A stretch of 57,924 nucleotides of DNA. Origin: an uncultured Burkholderiaceae bacterium. Its GTDB lineage: Bacteria; Pseudomonadota; Gammaproteobacteria; Burkholderiales; Burkholderiaceae. Position 1 is the first letter of the stretch. Every line of letters begins with the position of its first letter. The DNA lies in assembly GCA_937862845.1 (NCBI GenBank), contig CALMCK010000059.1, forward strand, positions 1 through 57,924. Reading direction: 5' to 3'. The position numbers and the translations under genes were made by a program. This document shows, in pieces, positions 1-11,606 of this stretch. A model generated the notes under the pieces. The model was not told where the DNA came from, ran no database searches, and saw nothing but the letters and a program-made list of their open reading frames with translations.

Positions 1-620
1 AGCTGTTCGCCCTTGGCTTCGAAACCTTGCGGGCGCATCTCGTCGAATTGTGCTGCGCCGCCTGCGGCCACCTCAATCTCGATTTCCTTGTCATCGAGCT
101 CGCCCTCGCGCAGTTTTTTGCGGAATTTTTGGCGCGTGCTGCTTTCTGCTTTGTCCTCATCGGCTCGCGAATACTCACCCGTCGTCACTTCACGTGCGCC
201 AGGCAACAGCGCATCTAAAATGCGATCTTCTGCTGCGTCCTCGGCACGGCTTTGCATGAGTTTAGCGGCACCTGCGCGGGCGTTTTTGACCGCCACTTCA
301 ACCAAATCTTTGATGATGGATTCCACGTCTTTGCCGACGTAACCCACTTCTGTGAACTTGGTCGCCTCCACTTTAATGAATGGTGCGCCCGCGAGACGTG
401 CGAGGCGGCGGGCGATTTCGGTTTTGCCGACGCCCGTTGGTCCCATCATGAGAATGTTTTTTGGCGTGACTTCGACGCGCATGATGGCATCGAGCTGCCC
501 ACGTCGCCAGCGATTGCGCATGGCGAGCGCGACGGATTTTTTCGCATCGTTTTGGCCGACGATGTGTTTGTCGAGCTCTGAGACGATTTCTTTGGGGGTC
601 ATGCTGAATGGATTGGACAT
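1..620 (-). CDS. hslU: ATP-dependent protease ATPase subunit HslU (5' part; runs off the window edge)
   Basis: Manual translation from ATG at 620 (AAGGA upstream): [40 protein letters not shown]...[22 protein letters not shown]...[14 protein letters not shown]. Lies directly downstream of hslV. Confidence 0.97.
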   Translation of the reverse strand, partial: MSNPFSMTPKEIVSELDKHIVGQNDAKKSVALAMRNRWRRGQLDAIMRVEVTPKNILMMGPTGVGKTEIARRLARLAGAPFIKVEATKFTEVGYVGKDVESIIKDLVEVAVKNARAGAAKLMQSRAEDAAEDRILDALLPGAREVTTGEYSRADEDKAESSTRQKFRKKLREGELDDKEIEIEVAAGGAAQFDEMRPQGFEAKGEQ

Positions 621-639
621 GTGGTTCCTTAACTGTTTT

Positions 640-699
640 GTAGCTCGGGGTTTAATCCGACATCGCTTCATTTAAACGTGTCGGGCAAGCCCGACCTAC
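640..699. repeat. REPIN-like inverted REP doublet
   Basis: GTAGCTCGGGGTTTAATCCGACA on + (640-662) and GTAGGTCGGGCTTGCCCGACA on - (679-699). Each is a GTAG tetranucleotide plus a palindrome; the two are inverted. Confidence 0.7.
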
Positions 700-714
700 C
701 GCAAATGATTGCTT

Positions 715-1248
715 TTACAATGTTTCGATGGTGTGGTTTTGGTTGGTGTAAATGCAAATATTGCCCGCGATTTCGAGGGATTTTTTGACGATTTCGGCGG
801 GCGATAAATCGGTGTTGTGCAGCAACGCCAAACCCGCCGATTGCGCAAACGCGCCGCCAGAACCGATGGCAATCAAGCCATCCTCGGGTTCGAGCACGTC
901 GCCATTGCCCGTGATGATGAGTGATGCGGTGTGGTCGGCGACGGCGAGCATCGCTTCGAGCCGACGCAGCACGCGGTCGGTGCGCCAGTCTTTGGTCAAA
1001 TCAATCGCGGCGCGGGTGAGGTGGCCATTGTGCTTTTCGAGCTTTGCTTCAAAGCGCTCAAACAAGGTAAATGCATCTGCGGTCGCGCCCGCGAAACCCG
1101 CAAGCACTTGACCGTTATAAAGTTTACGCACTTTGCGCGCGCTGCCTTTAACGATGGTGTTGCCCAGTGTGACTTGGCCGTCGCCGCCGATGGCGACCTC
1201 TGTGCCACGTCGCACCGATATGATGGTCGTGCCGTGGTATTGTTCCAT
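715..1248 (-). CDS. hslV: ATP-dependent protease peptidase subunit HslV
   Basis: N-terminal TTI nucleophile, [30 protein letters not shown] motifs. Confidence 0.98.
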   Translation of the reverse strand: MEQYHGTTIISVRRGTEVAIGGDGQVTLGNTIVKGSARKVRKLYNGQVLAGFAGATADAFTLFERFEAKLEKHNGHLTRAAIDLTKDWRTDRVLRRLEAMLAVADHTASLIITGNGDVLEPEDGLIAIGSGGAFAQSAGLALLHNTDLSPAEIVKKSLEIAGNICIYTNQNHTIETL

Positions 1249-1297
1249 GCTGTTCTCCGTGTGTTCGCTGATGCTTGATAAATTAGGGTGTTTTTAC

Positions 1298-1327
1298 AAA
1301 AAACAAGGGCGCGATAAATCGCGCCCT
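1298..1327 (-). terminator. Intrinsic terminator after dksA (also REP-like palindrome)
   Basis: AGGGCGCGAT-TT-ATCGCGCCCT followed by TGTTTTTT on the minus strand. Confidence 0.7.
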
Positions 1328-1349
1328 GCATCGTGGCTTTGCGTCTGGC

Positions 1350-1781
1350 TCAATCCCCAAACATTTTTTGTACTTTTTCGCGACGCTCTTGCGCTTCTAA
1401 CGACAGCGTCGCGGTCGGACGCGCGAGCAGACGACCGACACCAATCGGCTCGCCCGTTTCTTCGCACCAACCATAATCGCCCGAGTCGATGCTTTCGATG
1501 GACTGGCCAATTTTTTTGAGCAGTTTGCGTTCGCGGTCGCGCGTGCGCAGCTCTAACGCATGCTCTTCTTCAATCGTGGCGCGATCGGCGGGATCGGGGA
1601 CGACTTCGTTTTCACGCAAGTGTTCGGTGGTGTCGCCCGCGTTTTTGAGTAGCTCGTTTTGCATGTCGATCAGACGCTGTCTAAAAAAAGCCAGCTGTAC
1701 GTCGTTCATGTAGTCTTTAATCGGCATTTTAAGCAGTTTTGCCTCAGTCATTGCGCCCACTGCGTTGCGTTCTTGTGCCAT
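1350..1781 (-). CDS. dksA: RNA polymerase-binding transcription factor DksA (one-cysteine form)
   Basis: DPADRATIEEE coiled-coil tip, RDRERKLLKKI, YGWCEETGEPIG..RLLARPTATLS. Start moved to MAQERN (ATG 1781) so it does not overlap the upstream gene. Confidence 0.96.
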   Translation of the reverse strand: MAQERNAVGAMTEAKLLKMPIKDYMNDVQLAFFRQRLIDMQNELLKNAGDTTEHLRENEVVPDPADRATIEEEHALELRTRDRERKLLKKIGQSIESIDSGDYGWCEETGEPIGVGRLLARPTATLSLEAQERREKVQKMFGD

Positions 1782-1800
1782 TTCGGTCTCTCTAAAGTAG

Positions 1801-2727
1801 TTAATTTGCTTGCGCGGCGCAGCCTTCGAGCTCGCTTTGCATCTGTACAGCGGGTAAGTCATTGCCCCACAACCACATCTGGGTGCGCGGCATGTCTGTG
1901 ATTTGCCAAAAGCTGACAAAATCATCGGCCCATAAATGATGCAGGGCTTGTATGCACAACGGCGAGGACTCGCCTTTTAAGTAAACGATGGCCTGAAACC
2001 GCACCAGCTTGTCGCCATAAAGCACTCGCCAGCTTTCTAATGTGGCGCGTAATTTTCGTGCGGACAGCGACAAATCAAACGATAAATATACCACTTTACG
2101 TGCACCCCATGCATCTAAATCTGCTTTTTTTATCGCCTCGCGCCAAAGCGGTGCGTCGTTGGCGTATGCCGTAATAGGGTTGACGATGTCGGCATCGTTC
2201 TCAAATCCTTCGTGCAACCAAGCGGCCAGTGGATTCACGGCGCGCATATAGGGCACAAAGTCGGCTTTATACACATCCCCATCAAAACTCAACACGCGAT
2301 CCGCGAGCAGGAGACGATCGAGCGCCGCGCCATCGGGCAGATTGTCCCACAGCTTATCCAACTGCATCAGCACCAGCACTTCATCCAGCCCTGCCCCATG
2401 CTGGGGCAGCTCGTACAGCATCCACTGCGCCCACAGCATGGCGGGTGCACGCGCGGGCAATATAAATATAACCTTGGCCGCGGGTGTGGCGCGTGCATTG
2501 CTGACGCGTTGCACAACTTGGCCGACCACATCATCGTCCACCAAGAGGCTGCTTTTCATCACATGACACGACAGCCCTGCGCGTGCGTAGGCGCTGTCCT
2601 CGTGGGCGACCACACGCACAGATTGATCCATGTGTGCTTGCGCGGCTTGGCGCGCCCATGTCGGTACGTGGTCTGTGAAGTCGATGTCGGGTTGATTTTC
2701 AAACCAAAGTGACACAGCTAAATTCAT
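1801..2727 (-). CDS. Degenerate COG0523/CobW (G3E GTPase) family protein with CobW C-terminal domain
   Basis: C-terminus YGDKLVRFQAIVYLKG...IQALHHL...LWGNDLP...LEGCA resembles CobW_C. LADRVL and AVNPLA match the FADRI and xNPxA blocks. It sits where CobW-like genes usually precede dksA. No Walker A and no CxCC. Confidence 0.7.
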   Translation of the reverse strand: MNLAVSLWFENQPDIDFTDHVPTWARQAAQAHMDQSVRVVAHEDSAYARAGLSCHVMKSSLLVDDDVVGQVVQRVSNARATPAAKVIFILPARAPAMLWAQWMLYELPQHGAGLDEVLVLMQLDKLWDNLPDGAALDRLLLADRVLSFDGDVYKADFVPYMRAVNPLAAWLHEGFENDADIVNPITAYANDAPLWREAIKKADLDAWGARKVVYLSFDLSLSARKLRATLESWRVLYGDKLVRFQAIVYLKGESSPLCIQALHHLWADDFVSFWQITDMPRTQMWLWGNDLPAVQMQSELEGCAAQAN

Positions 2728-2740
2728 AGTCTGTCCTTTA

Positions 2741-3361
2741 TTACCATTGTTGCAAAATGATTCGTTTGAGCACATGCAAGCGTCGGTGAAAAAAATGATC
2801 GGCGCCCGCGATGACCGTCACAGGCAAGTCTTGCGGCTCGGCCCAACGCATCACGGCGCTCAGCGGAATCGTGTCGTCGAGCTCACCATGAATCACAATT
2901 GTGTCCTCGGCGACGGTCGCGACATCCCATTTGCCTGCGGCGGTGCCGATCATCACCATGCGTTGCACCGCTCTGCCGCTTGCTTTGAGCGTCTCTGCGA
3001 CGCGGCTGATGACGTATGAGCCGAACGAGAAGCCCGCCAAAACCAAAGGTTGTTCTGCACCGAACTCAGCGCGCATCCAGTCAATCACTCGCAGCGTGTC
3101 TTCCTGCTCGGCCATGCCGTTGTCGTGCACGCCGGCGGTTTTGCCGACGCCGCGAAAATTTGGGCGCACAGTGATGTAGCCCAGCTCGTTCAATGTTTTG
3201 GCCAAAGTCTGTGCGACTTTATTGTCCATCGTGCCGCCAAACAATGGGTGCGGATGGGCGACCAGTGCCACGCCGAGCACATCGCCTTTGGCTGCATCGA
3301 TGGCGATTTCGATGTCGCCCGCTGCGCCTGCGATGAGTTGTTTGACCGTGCCCGCAATCAT
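2741..3361 (-). CDS. Alpha/beta hydrolase (COG2945-like)
   Basis: HPHPLFGGTMDNKV, RPNFRGVG, GFSFG nucleophile elbow, HGELDD, ADHFF. Confidence 0.92.
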   Translation of the reverse strand: MIAGTVKQLIAGAAGDIEIAIDAAKGDVLGVALVAHPHPLFGGTMDNKVAQTLAKTLNELGYITVRPNFRGVGKTAGVHDNGMAEQEDTLRVIDWMRAEFGAEQPLVLAGFSFGSYVISRVAETLKASGRAVQRMVMIGTAAGKWDVATVAEDTIVIHGELDDTIPLSAVMRWAEPQDLPVTVIAGADHFFHRRLHVLKRIILQQW

Positions 3362-3684
3362 GCTTTATCCACCAACAATCGTGTGACCACGCGGTCGTTG
3401 GTCAGATGCTCGTGGATGATTTCATCCAAATCCGCCTTATCGACATATTGATACCAAACGTTGTCTGGGTACACCACACACACAGGGCCGTTGGCGCAAC
3501 GATCGAGGCAGCCTGCTTTGTTCACACGCACTTTGCCCGCTCCGAGCAAGCCGAGTTCGTGGGCGCGCTCTTTGACATACGCTTGTGCGTCTATCGCGCC
3601 GCAGCGCGCACAGTCGCCACGCTCGTCATCGGCATCGCGCTCGTTGAGGCAAAAAAAGATGTGGTGTTTAAAATATCCGCTCAT
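3358..3684 (-). CDS. Thioredoxin-like (2Fe-2S) ferredoxin
   Basis: HIFFCLNER...C...GCLDRCANGPVCVVYPDNVWY. Confidence 0.93.
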   Translation of the reverse strand: MSGYFKHHIFFCLNERDADDERGDCARCGAIDAQAYVKERAHELGLLGAGKVRVNKAGCLDRCANGPVCVVYPDNVWYQYVDKADLDEIIHEHLTNDRVVTRLLVDKA

Positions 3685-3709
3685 ATTCTGTCTGCTTTAT
3701 AATCATTGA

Positions 3710-4546
3710 ATGTTAATGTCGAACCTTACTTATCCGCCGCTGCAACTGGCCCGTTTACAAAACGGCTGGTCCACGCACAGCCAAGCCACAACGCCACTGG
3801 GCATACAGTATGTCGCCGAGTGCGAGTCAACCAATGCGCAATTATACAGCAGCACACGCCAGCACAACACTTTGTTGGTCACTGAGCGGCAAAGCCACGG
3901 CAAGGGTCAGTTTGAGCGCGCATGGGTCAGTGTCGCGGGCGATTTGATTTTTTCGCTCGGCCTCACATTGCCACTTGCGCAACTGCCCGCGTTGTCACTG
4001 CGCATTGGCTTGGCATTGACACAGGTGTTTGCGCAACACTCGCTCTCCACACAGCTCAAATGGGCCAACGATGTCATCGCACAACACCCCGACACAGGTC
4101 AGCGCGGCAAGCTCGCGGGCATATTGGTGCAGTCTCAGCCCGCCCACCACGGCCACGCGTGGGTGGTCATCGGCGTCGGTGTCAATGTCGCGCCGCGCTT
4201 GTTGCCCCAACAAATCAACGCCTCTGCCTTCGCACCGATCGGTTTGGCGCAGCTCGCGCCGCAGTGGAGTACGCCTGAAGCAGGCGCACGCGAGGCACTG
4301 CTGATTGCCCTCGTGGACACCATACTCGTTCACATCGAGACCGCCGCACTCAATCAAGACTTGCCCAAATTATGGAATGCGCACGACATTTGGCGCGGCC
4401 AAGCAGTGACACTCACCGACCCGCAAGGCGCAGAACACCATGGCACAGCAGCGGGCATCGCACCGAGCGGCGCGTATCAGGTTAAGCTCGACAGCAACGG
4501 CACGCTCAAAGCATTTGTCAGCGGTCAACTGCGAGCGCGCTCATGA
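3710..4546 (+). CDS. birA: Biotin--[acetyl-CoA-carboxylase] ligase (no N-terminal HTH)
   Basis: STN, QSHGKGQ..R.W, KWAND, GKLAGILV, GVGVN motifs; directly upstream of coaX. Confidence 0.9.
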   Translation: MLMSNLTYPPLQLARLQNGWSTHSQATTPLGIQYVAECESTNAQLYSSTRQHNTLLVTERQSHGKGQFERAWVSVAGDLIFSLGLTLPLAQLPALSLRIGLALTQVFAQHSLSTQLKWANDVIAQHPDTGQRGKLAGILVQSQPAHHGHAWVVIGVGVNVAPRLLPQQINASAFAPIGLAQLAPQWSTPEAGAREALLIALVDTILVHIETAALNQDLPKLWNAHDIWRGQAVTLTDPQGAEHHGTAAGIAPSGAYQVKLDSNGTLKAFVSGQLRARS

Positions 4547-5328
4547 ACACACTCACCACACCGACCACATTGCTCATCGACATCGGCAACACACGAATCA
4601 AATGGCACTTTGACAACAACGCGACACCCTTGTTGGCCGACACCGTCGCGACTGCACTCTCGCACCACGATCCACAATGGCTCAACGCACTCAAAAAAAT
4701 TTGGCAAAACCAAACCACGCCGACACAATGCCGCATCAGCAGCGTCGCCAGCGCAGACGTGTTGAGCCACGTCCAACACCTCATCGGCACGCTTTACCCC
4801 GACTGTGTGCAACACCTGATTCGCGCAGAAGCACAGCACCAAAAATTCAAACTCGCCTATCCCAATCCCGCTCAAATGGGCAGTGACCGCTACGCCCAAC
4901 TGCTCGGTGCGCAGATGCTGTGCACCGAGCAGCAACACATCGTCCTCAGTGCAGGCACCGCCACCACCATCGACGGCGTGCTCGCAGATGGGAGGCACAT
5001 CGGCGGTGTGATTTTGCCCAGCATGCAGCTGATGCGCCAAAGCCTGCATCAGTACACGGCCAAACTACCGCTGACCGATGGCGAGTTTCAAGCCACTCAC
5101 GCACCGACCAACACCATCGACGCCCTCGCCAGTGCCGCCACCCTCGCCAGCCTCGGCACGCTCAACGAATTCATCTCACGCTACATGCCCAGCGACGACG
5201 TCACACTCATTCTGTGCGGCGGCAACGCCAGCGCACTCAGCCCGCACATTCGCCACGCGCAAATAAAAACGGTGCTTCACGCACCGTCATTGTGTTTGCT
5301 TGGGTTGAAATTCTGGCAAGCCGACTAA
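4543..5328 (+). CDS. coaX: Type III pantothenate kinase
   Basis: [35 protein letters not shown]; ATGA overlap with birA. Confidence 0.93.
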   Translation: MNTLTTPTTLLIDIGNTRIKWHFDNNATPLLADTVATALSHHDPQWLNALKKIWQNQTTPTQCRISSVASADVLSHVQHLIGTLYPDCVQHLIRAEAQHQKFKLAYPNPAQMGSDRYAQLLGAQMLCTEQQHIVLSAGTATTIDGVLADGRHIGGVILPSMQLMRQSLHQYTAKLPLTDGEFQATHAPTNTIDALASAATLASLGTLNEFISRYMPSDDVTLILCGGNASALSPHIRHAQIKTVLHAPSLCLLGLKFWQAD

Positions 5329-6089
5329 ACGCTCAGATACCCCGCCATCTCCATTAAAAACAGCCCGTTAATCGCCGCATGCATGAGCAAAGGCGTGACG
5401 AGCGAACGTGTCTGCAAACGGGCAAAGCCCAACAAAACACCCAGAACAAATATACCAAACATTTCGTGCGCATGGTATTGGCCATGCAGCAAAGCCCATG
5501 TGAATGCAGCCAATGCGACCGCCAATGCTGGCGCATCTCTAAAAGGCAAGCGCTCAAAACCCGCCAACACAAACCCACGAAAAACCATCTCCTCAAGCAA
5601 CGGCGCAGAGACAACAACGAAACCAAACAGCCACCATTTGTTCATGCTTTTGGCATAGATGTCCTCTCCAAAACTCGAGACAGGCAGCCCCAAGCGTTGC
5701 GTCACAAAATCCATGGCCAAGGCCAAAGCAAGCGCAGCAGCCACCCATAAGAACAAGTGCTTCATCGGCACCGAACGAATCGGCAAGTAATCCGTGAACG
5801 GGCGTTTTTGTTTCAGCCGCACCAGCGCCCACAAAAACACCAGCAACACCGCACTCAAAGCCATCATCAACATGGACTCGACATCGCCATGCGCTTTCAT
5901 ATACTCAAGCAACGCCTCCGTGTCACTCAAGTGAAAATACATTTGAAACAACTCCGCCAAAAATGACGACACCGCAAAACTGGCGAGAAACAACGCCAAC
6001 ATCCAACCTGCCGTTGCACCTGCGCTCCAACGTGACGCGGACTCGCTCAACGCATCCGTTGTTTTGTTTGTGTTCATGTGTTCACTCAT
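5325..6089 (-). CDS. CPBP (CAAX/Abi) family intramembrane metalloprotease
   Basis: Multiple TM segments; EEMVFRG, WALLH and HAAIN motifs. Confidence 0.9.
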   Translation of the reverse strand: MSEHMNTNKTTDALSESASRWSAGATAGWMLALFLASFAVSSFLAELFQMYFHLSDTEALLEYMKAHGDVESMLMMALSAVLLVFLWALVRLKQKRPFTDYLPIRSVPMKHLFLWVAAALALALAMDFVTQRLGLPVSSFGEDIYAKSMNKWWLFGFVVVSAPLLEEMVFRGFVLAGFERLPFRDAPALAVALAAFTWALLHGQYHAHEMFGIFVLGVLLGFARLQTRSLVTPLLMHAAINGLFLMEMAGYLSV

Positions 6090-6148
6090 TTATATTTCCT
6101 TTGTTCGTCATCGTCACGGCACGTTTTTTTCTGAATACGGGCGAATCA

Positions 6149-8230
6149 TCAAGCCCGTGATGCGCGCCAGATGACCACACTTCTGGCGGCCACCACCCAT
6201 GACGCGCTTGTCGGCTCTGCATTTATCGCATTGTTTGAATCAAATATTTTTTGCCAAACCTGCGCCGCGCCAGCCACATGATCATGTGGTGGCTCGATGA
6301 CGAGTCCGTCTTGGCCCGCATTGAACCACATCAACACATCACTGCTGTCCAACGCCAGCGACGTGCTGCGCGGATGCAGCGACAGGCCCACAGCCTGCGA
6401 GCCACTCTCCCAATCCGCCACCTGCATCGGCACACCATCGGTGCGCCACCATTGTACGTCGTGTGCGGCGGCGACTGTGTCCGCGCCGCCTTTTAAAAAA
6501 TCATCAAAATGAAATGCCAAATGCCCGCGTCTGATTTGAGACAACGCGCCCACACACGCAATCAAATCTTCGTCTTTGTCTGCCCAATCCACCCACGTCA
6601 CCGCATTGTCTTGCGCATAGGCATTGTTGTTGCCGTGCTGCGTGCGGCCAAACTCGTCACCTGCCGTGAGCATCACAGTGCCCTGCGAGACAAACAGCGT
6701 TGCGAGCAGCGCACGGATGTCGCGCGTGCGTTTTTCTTTGAGCGCCGTCACATCCGCAGCAGACGTTTCATTCGGCAACTCGCCCTCGACACCGTTGCTC
6801 CAGCTGTGGTTGTCATTGCTGCCATCACGATTGTCCTCGCCATTATTACCGTTGTATTTATGGCTGTACGAGACCACATCGCGCAGCGTGAAACCATCGT
6901 GCGCGGCGAGAAAATTCACACTGGTGCTCGGCGCGCGATTCGACCGCGCAAACACATCACTCGAACCCGCCACACGCGTCGCCAAGCCACCGAGCACATG
7001 CGCTTGGCCTTGCCAAAAACGCCGCACGTCATCGCGGTATTTGTCATTCCACTCCAGCCACGGCGATTGAAAATTGCCCAATTGATAACCGCCGACACCG
7101 ATATCCCACGGCTCGGCAATCAACAAAGCCTGCGAAATCAAAGGGTCTTGCCGCATCGCCGCGAGCAGTGGCGCGTCGGTGGAAAACCCAGTCGGCAATC
7201 GCCCCATCACTGGCGCGAGGTCAAACCGAAAACCCGCCACCCCCGCATTCGTGATCCAATGGCGCATCGTGTCCATCATCAACTGCGCCACCCCCGCGCG
7301 CTCACACGCAATCGTGTTGCCGCAACCCGTGTCATTCATTAGCTGAAAATCGTCATCGTGTTTGTAATAATATAGATTATCCAAACCGCGCAGCGACAGC
7401 GTTGGACCAAACACATCGCCCTCGCCCGTGTGGTTAAACACCACATCCAAAATCGTCTGTATCCCCGCCGCACGCAGCGCATCGACCGTCGCGCGTAACT
7501 CATGCAAACCATTTGGACACAGACGCGGATCCAGTGCCATCATCGACACCGGGTTGTAGCCCCACGCGTTGTGCAAACCCAATCGGTGCAAATGCCGCTC
7601 ATTCACCCACGCGGCAATCGGCATGAGCTCGAGTGTATCGACACCGAGTTTAAGCAAATGTTCAATCACAGCTGGCTCGCGCAACGCCGCCACCGTGCCA
7701 CGCAACTCGGCAGGCACTTCTGGGTGCAATTGCGTGTAGGCCTTCACCGACAATTCATAAATAAACTGCGGTGCATGCGCGATGACTGTCGATCGAGGTG
7801 ACACATCAGCGACAAAAACATCCGCGCGGAAAATAGACTTGGGCACCAGATGCGCCGTGTCAAGCTGCTCTGATGCTGGCGCCGCGAGCAGATCATCAAA
7901 CACAAAGCCTCGGTCGATTTCTGTCGCATACGGATCAACCAGTAACTTATGCTCATCATAAAACTGCCCGCGACGAGGATTGTACTCACCCGCCGCACGC
8001 AAGCCATAGCGCAAACCCTCTGCGGGCACGCTGATGTTTTCTATCAAACCGTGGTGCACATCACCGCTGCGCCGGGGCAGTCGAATTCGTGCGGTTTCAT
8101 GATCGTGTTCGTCAAACACACAAAAATAAATCGCCGCCGCATTGGGTGCGAGCACAGCGATGTTTAAACCTGCTGGGTTTTGGCTCACACCGAGTGGGCG
8201 TGGCAAACCGTTTTTAATTGAATCATTCAT
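6149..8230 (-). CDS. glgX: Glycogen debranching enzyme
   Basis: KLLVDPYA, WGYNP, DVVFNHTGEG, GFRFDLA, IAEPWD, AHDGFTL, NGEDNRDG, GNNNAYAQDN. Confidence 0.96.
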   Translation of the reverse strand: MNDSIKNGLPRPLGVSQNPAGLNIAVLAPNAAAIYFCVFDEHDHETARIRLPRRSGDVHHGLIENISVPAEGLRYGLRAAGEYNPRRGQFYDEHKLLVDPYATEIDRGFVFDDLLAAPASEQLDTAHLVPKSIFRADVFVADVSPRSTVIAHAPQFIYELSVKAYTQLHPEVPAELRGTVAALREPAVIEHLLKLGVDTLELMPIAAWVNERHLHRLGLHNAWGYNPVSMMALDPRLCPNGLHELRATVDALRAAGIQTILDVVFNHTGEGDVFGPTLSLRGLDNLYYYKHDDDFQLMNDTGCGNTIACERAGVAQLMMDTMRHWITNAGVAGFRFDLAPVMGRLPTGFSTDAPLLAAMRQDPLISQALLIAEPWDIGVGGYQLGNFQSPWLEWNDKYRDDVRRFWQGQAHVLGGLATRVAGSSDVFARSNRAPSTSVNFLAAHDGFTLRDVVSYSHKYNGNNGEDNRDGSNDNHSWSNGVEGELPNETSAADVTALKEKRTRDIRALLATLFVSQGTVMLTAGDEFGRTQHGNNNAYAQDNAVTWVDWADKDEDLIACVGALSQIRRGHLAFHFDDFLKGGADTVAAAHDVQWWRTDGVPMQVADWESGSQAVGLSLHPRSTSLALDSSDVLMWFNAGQDGLVIEPPHDHVAGAAQVWQKIFDSNNAINAEPTSASWVVAARSVVIWRASRA

Positions 8231-8329
8231 CTGCTTCTTTTCTCAGATTTAACCCTGCATTTCAGGAAATTCAGAGCAGGTATGTCCTCATAAACCCGCC
8301 CCGCATATGCGTTGCCGCCACATGAAGAT

Positions 8330-8351
8330 GGCGGGCTTGAAAGCCCGCCCC
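8330..8351. repeat. REP-like palindrome between pgm and glgX
   Basis: GGCGGGCT-TGAA-AGCCCGCC, plus a partial half-copy AAACCCGCCCC at 8292-8302. Confidence 0.45.
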
Positions 8352-8383
8352 AGCGTTCTGCCCATGCAAACATCACCATTGAA

Positions 8384-10054
<1,671 letters not shown>

Positions 10055-10061
10055 TTAAAAA

Positions 10062-11606
10062 TTATGCCATTAAACCGCGATATAAAACCTCATACTGCAC
10101 CGCAGAGCGGCGCCATGCGACGTCGGCGCGCATGCCTGCTTTTTGGATGTTTTGCCATGTTTCGGCGTGCTCGTACAAGCGGATGGTGCGGACGACGGCG
10201 GTGACCAAGGCCTCTCTGGTTAAGTCGTGAAACTGCACGCCTGTGGCGACGGCGGCGGTGACGGCGGCGTCATTGGCGTCAATCACGGTATCGGCGAGGC
10301 CACCGACACTGGCGACGACGGGGACGCAGCCGTAGCGCAAACCATACAGCTGGGTGAGCCCGCACGGCTCAAATCTGGAGGGAACAAGTATGGCGTCACA
10401 ACCGCCTTGCATGAGGTGGGAGGTGGCTTCGTCGTAGCCAATATGAACCGCGACGTGGGTCGGGTGTTTGGCCACGGCGGCGTACAGTGCGGCTTCGAGG
10501 GCTTTATCGCCTGTGCCAAGGATGACGAGGCGAGCATTTTGCGCGACGATGGCATCGACGGCGTCGGTGACAATGTCAATGCCTTTTTGCCAAGTGAGGC
10601 GGCTGATGATGCAGAACAATGGCGCGTCGCTGTGCGGGATGTTGAAGTGGTCTTCGACAGCGCGTTTGTTGGCGGCGCGTTTGTCCAATGTCTCGCCTGT
10701 GAAGGCACTCGCAAGGGTGTCATCACTGGCGGGATTCCACACGTCCATGTCGATGCCGTTGACGATGCCACTGACCGAGTTGCCGCGCGCGCGCAGTAAA
10801 CCATCGAGTCCCATGCCGCCTTGTGGCGTGCAGATTTCGTGGGCATAGGTGGGGCTGACGGTGGTGATGGCGTCGGCGAATTGAATGCCTGCTTTGAGGT
10901 AGCCAACACAGCCATAATACTCAACGCCGTCGATGCCGAATGCTTCGGTTGGCAATCCCAGCTTGCCAAAAGTTTTGGCGGGGAATTGTCCTTGAAAGGC
11001 GAGGTTGTGAATGGTGAGGACGGTGCGCGGTTTGTGTTTGCCTGCGCCGAGGTATTTTAAATACGCGGGTGTCATGGCGGTTTGCCAATCATGCGCGTGT
11101 AAGACATCGGGTGCATAACCATCAATGGCGCCACCACCAATCATGGCCGCAGCGAGTGACAATGCTGCGTAGCGCTCGGGGTTGTCTTGCCAATCCGTGC
11201 CAGACGCGTCGCTGTAGGGGTTGCCCGCGCGCATGAATAAATGTGGCGCGTTGAGGACAAACAGCGCGACACCTTTAACGGTCGCGTGGACAATCTCTGC
11301 ATCGCCGCCAAAGTATTTGGGCAAACTCAATGCGTGCGTCGGCGTGCCTGCGGCTTCACTCAATGCAGCCATGACCGCTGGGTAACCAGGAATCAAGGTG
11401 GTCAGCGTGATCGGCGCGTCGGCCGTGGACAACTCGCCCAGCGCGAATGGCAATGCACCGACCACATCGGCCAGCCCGCCCGTTTTGATGAACGGATACA
11501 TCTCGGAAGCGACGGCCAGGATGTGCAGGGTGTTGTCTTTGGGCGGTGTTGCGGTGGGTTCAACAACAGGGGCGGGTGTGGGTGTGGGTGTTTTGGGTTT
11601 AATCAT
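10062..11606 (-). CDS. glgA: Glycogen synthase (with Pro/Thr-rich N-terminal extension)
   Basis: SEMYPFIKTGGLADV, HAHDWQ, TIHNLAFQG, SRLTWQKG, PSRFEPCGLTQL. Confidence 0.97.
   Translation of the reverse strand: MIKPKTPTPTPAPVVEPTATPPKDNTLHILAVASEMYPFIKTGGLADVVGALPFALGELSTADAPITLTTLIPGYPAVMAALSEAAGTPTHALSLPKYFGGDAEIVHATVKGVALFVLNAPHLFMRAGNPYSDASGTDWQDNPERYAALSLAAAMIGGGAIDGYAPDVLHAHDWQTAMTPAYLKYLGAGKHKPRTVLTIHNLAFQGQFPAKTFGKLGLPTEAFGIDGVEYYGCVGYLKAGIQFADAITTVSPTYAHEICTPQGGMGLDGLLRARGNSVSGIVNGIDMDVWNPASDDTLASAFTGETLDKRAANKRAVEDHFNIPHSDAPLFCIISRLTWQKGIDIVTDAVDAIVAQNARLVILGTGDKALEAALYAAVAKHPTHVAVHIGYDEATSHLMQGGCDAILVPSRFEPCGLTQLYGLRYGCVPVVASVGGLADTVIDANDAAVTAAVATGVQFHDLTREALVTAVVRTIRLYEHAETWQNIQKAGMRADVAWRRSAVQYEVLYRGLMA

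Noticed and set aside
1350-1470. DksA with only one Cys (CxxT...SxxA) as a novel zinc-free variant
   Set aside because: Zinc-independent one-Cys DksA proteins are known and, from recall, are the usual form in Burkholderiales.
5325-6089. CPBP/'Abi' protease as an anti-phage gene
   Set aside because: The family name alone is not evidence, and there is no defence-island context.
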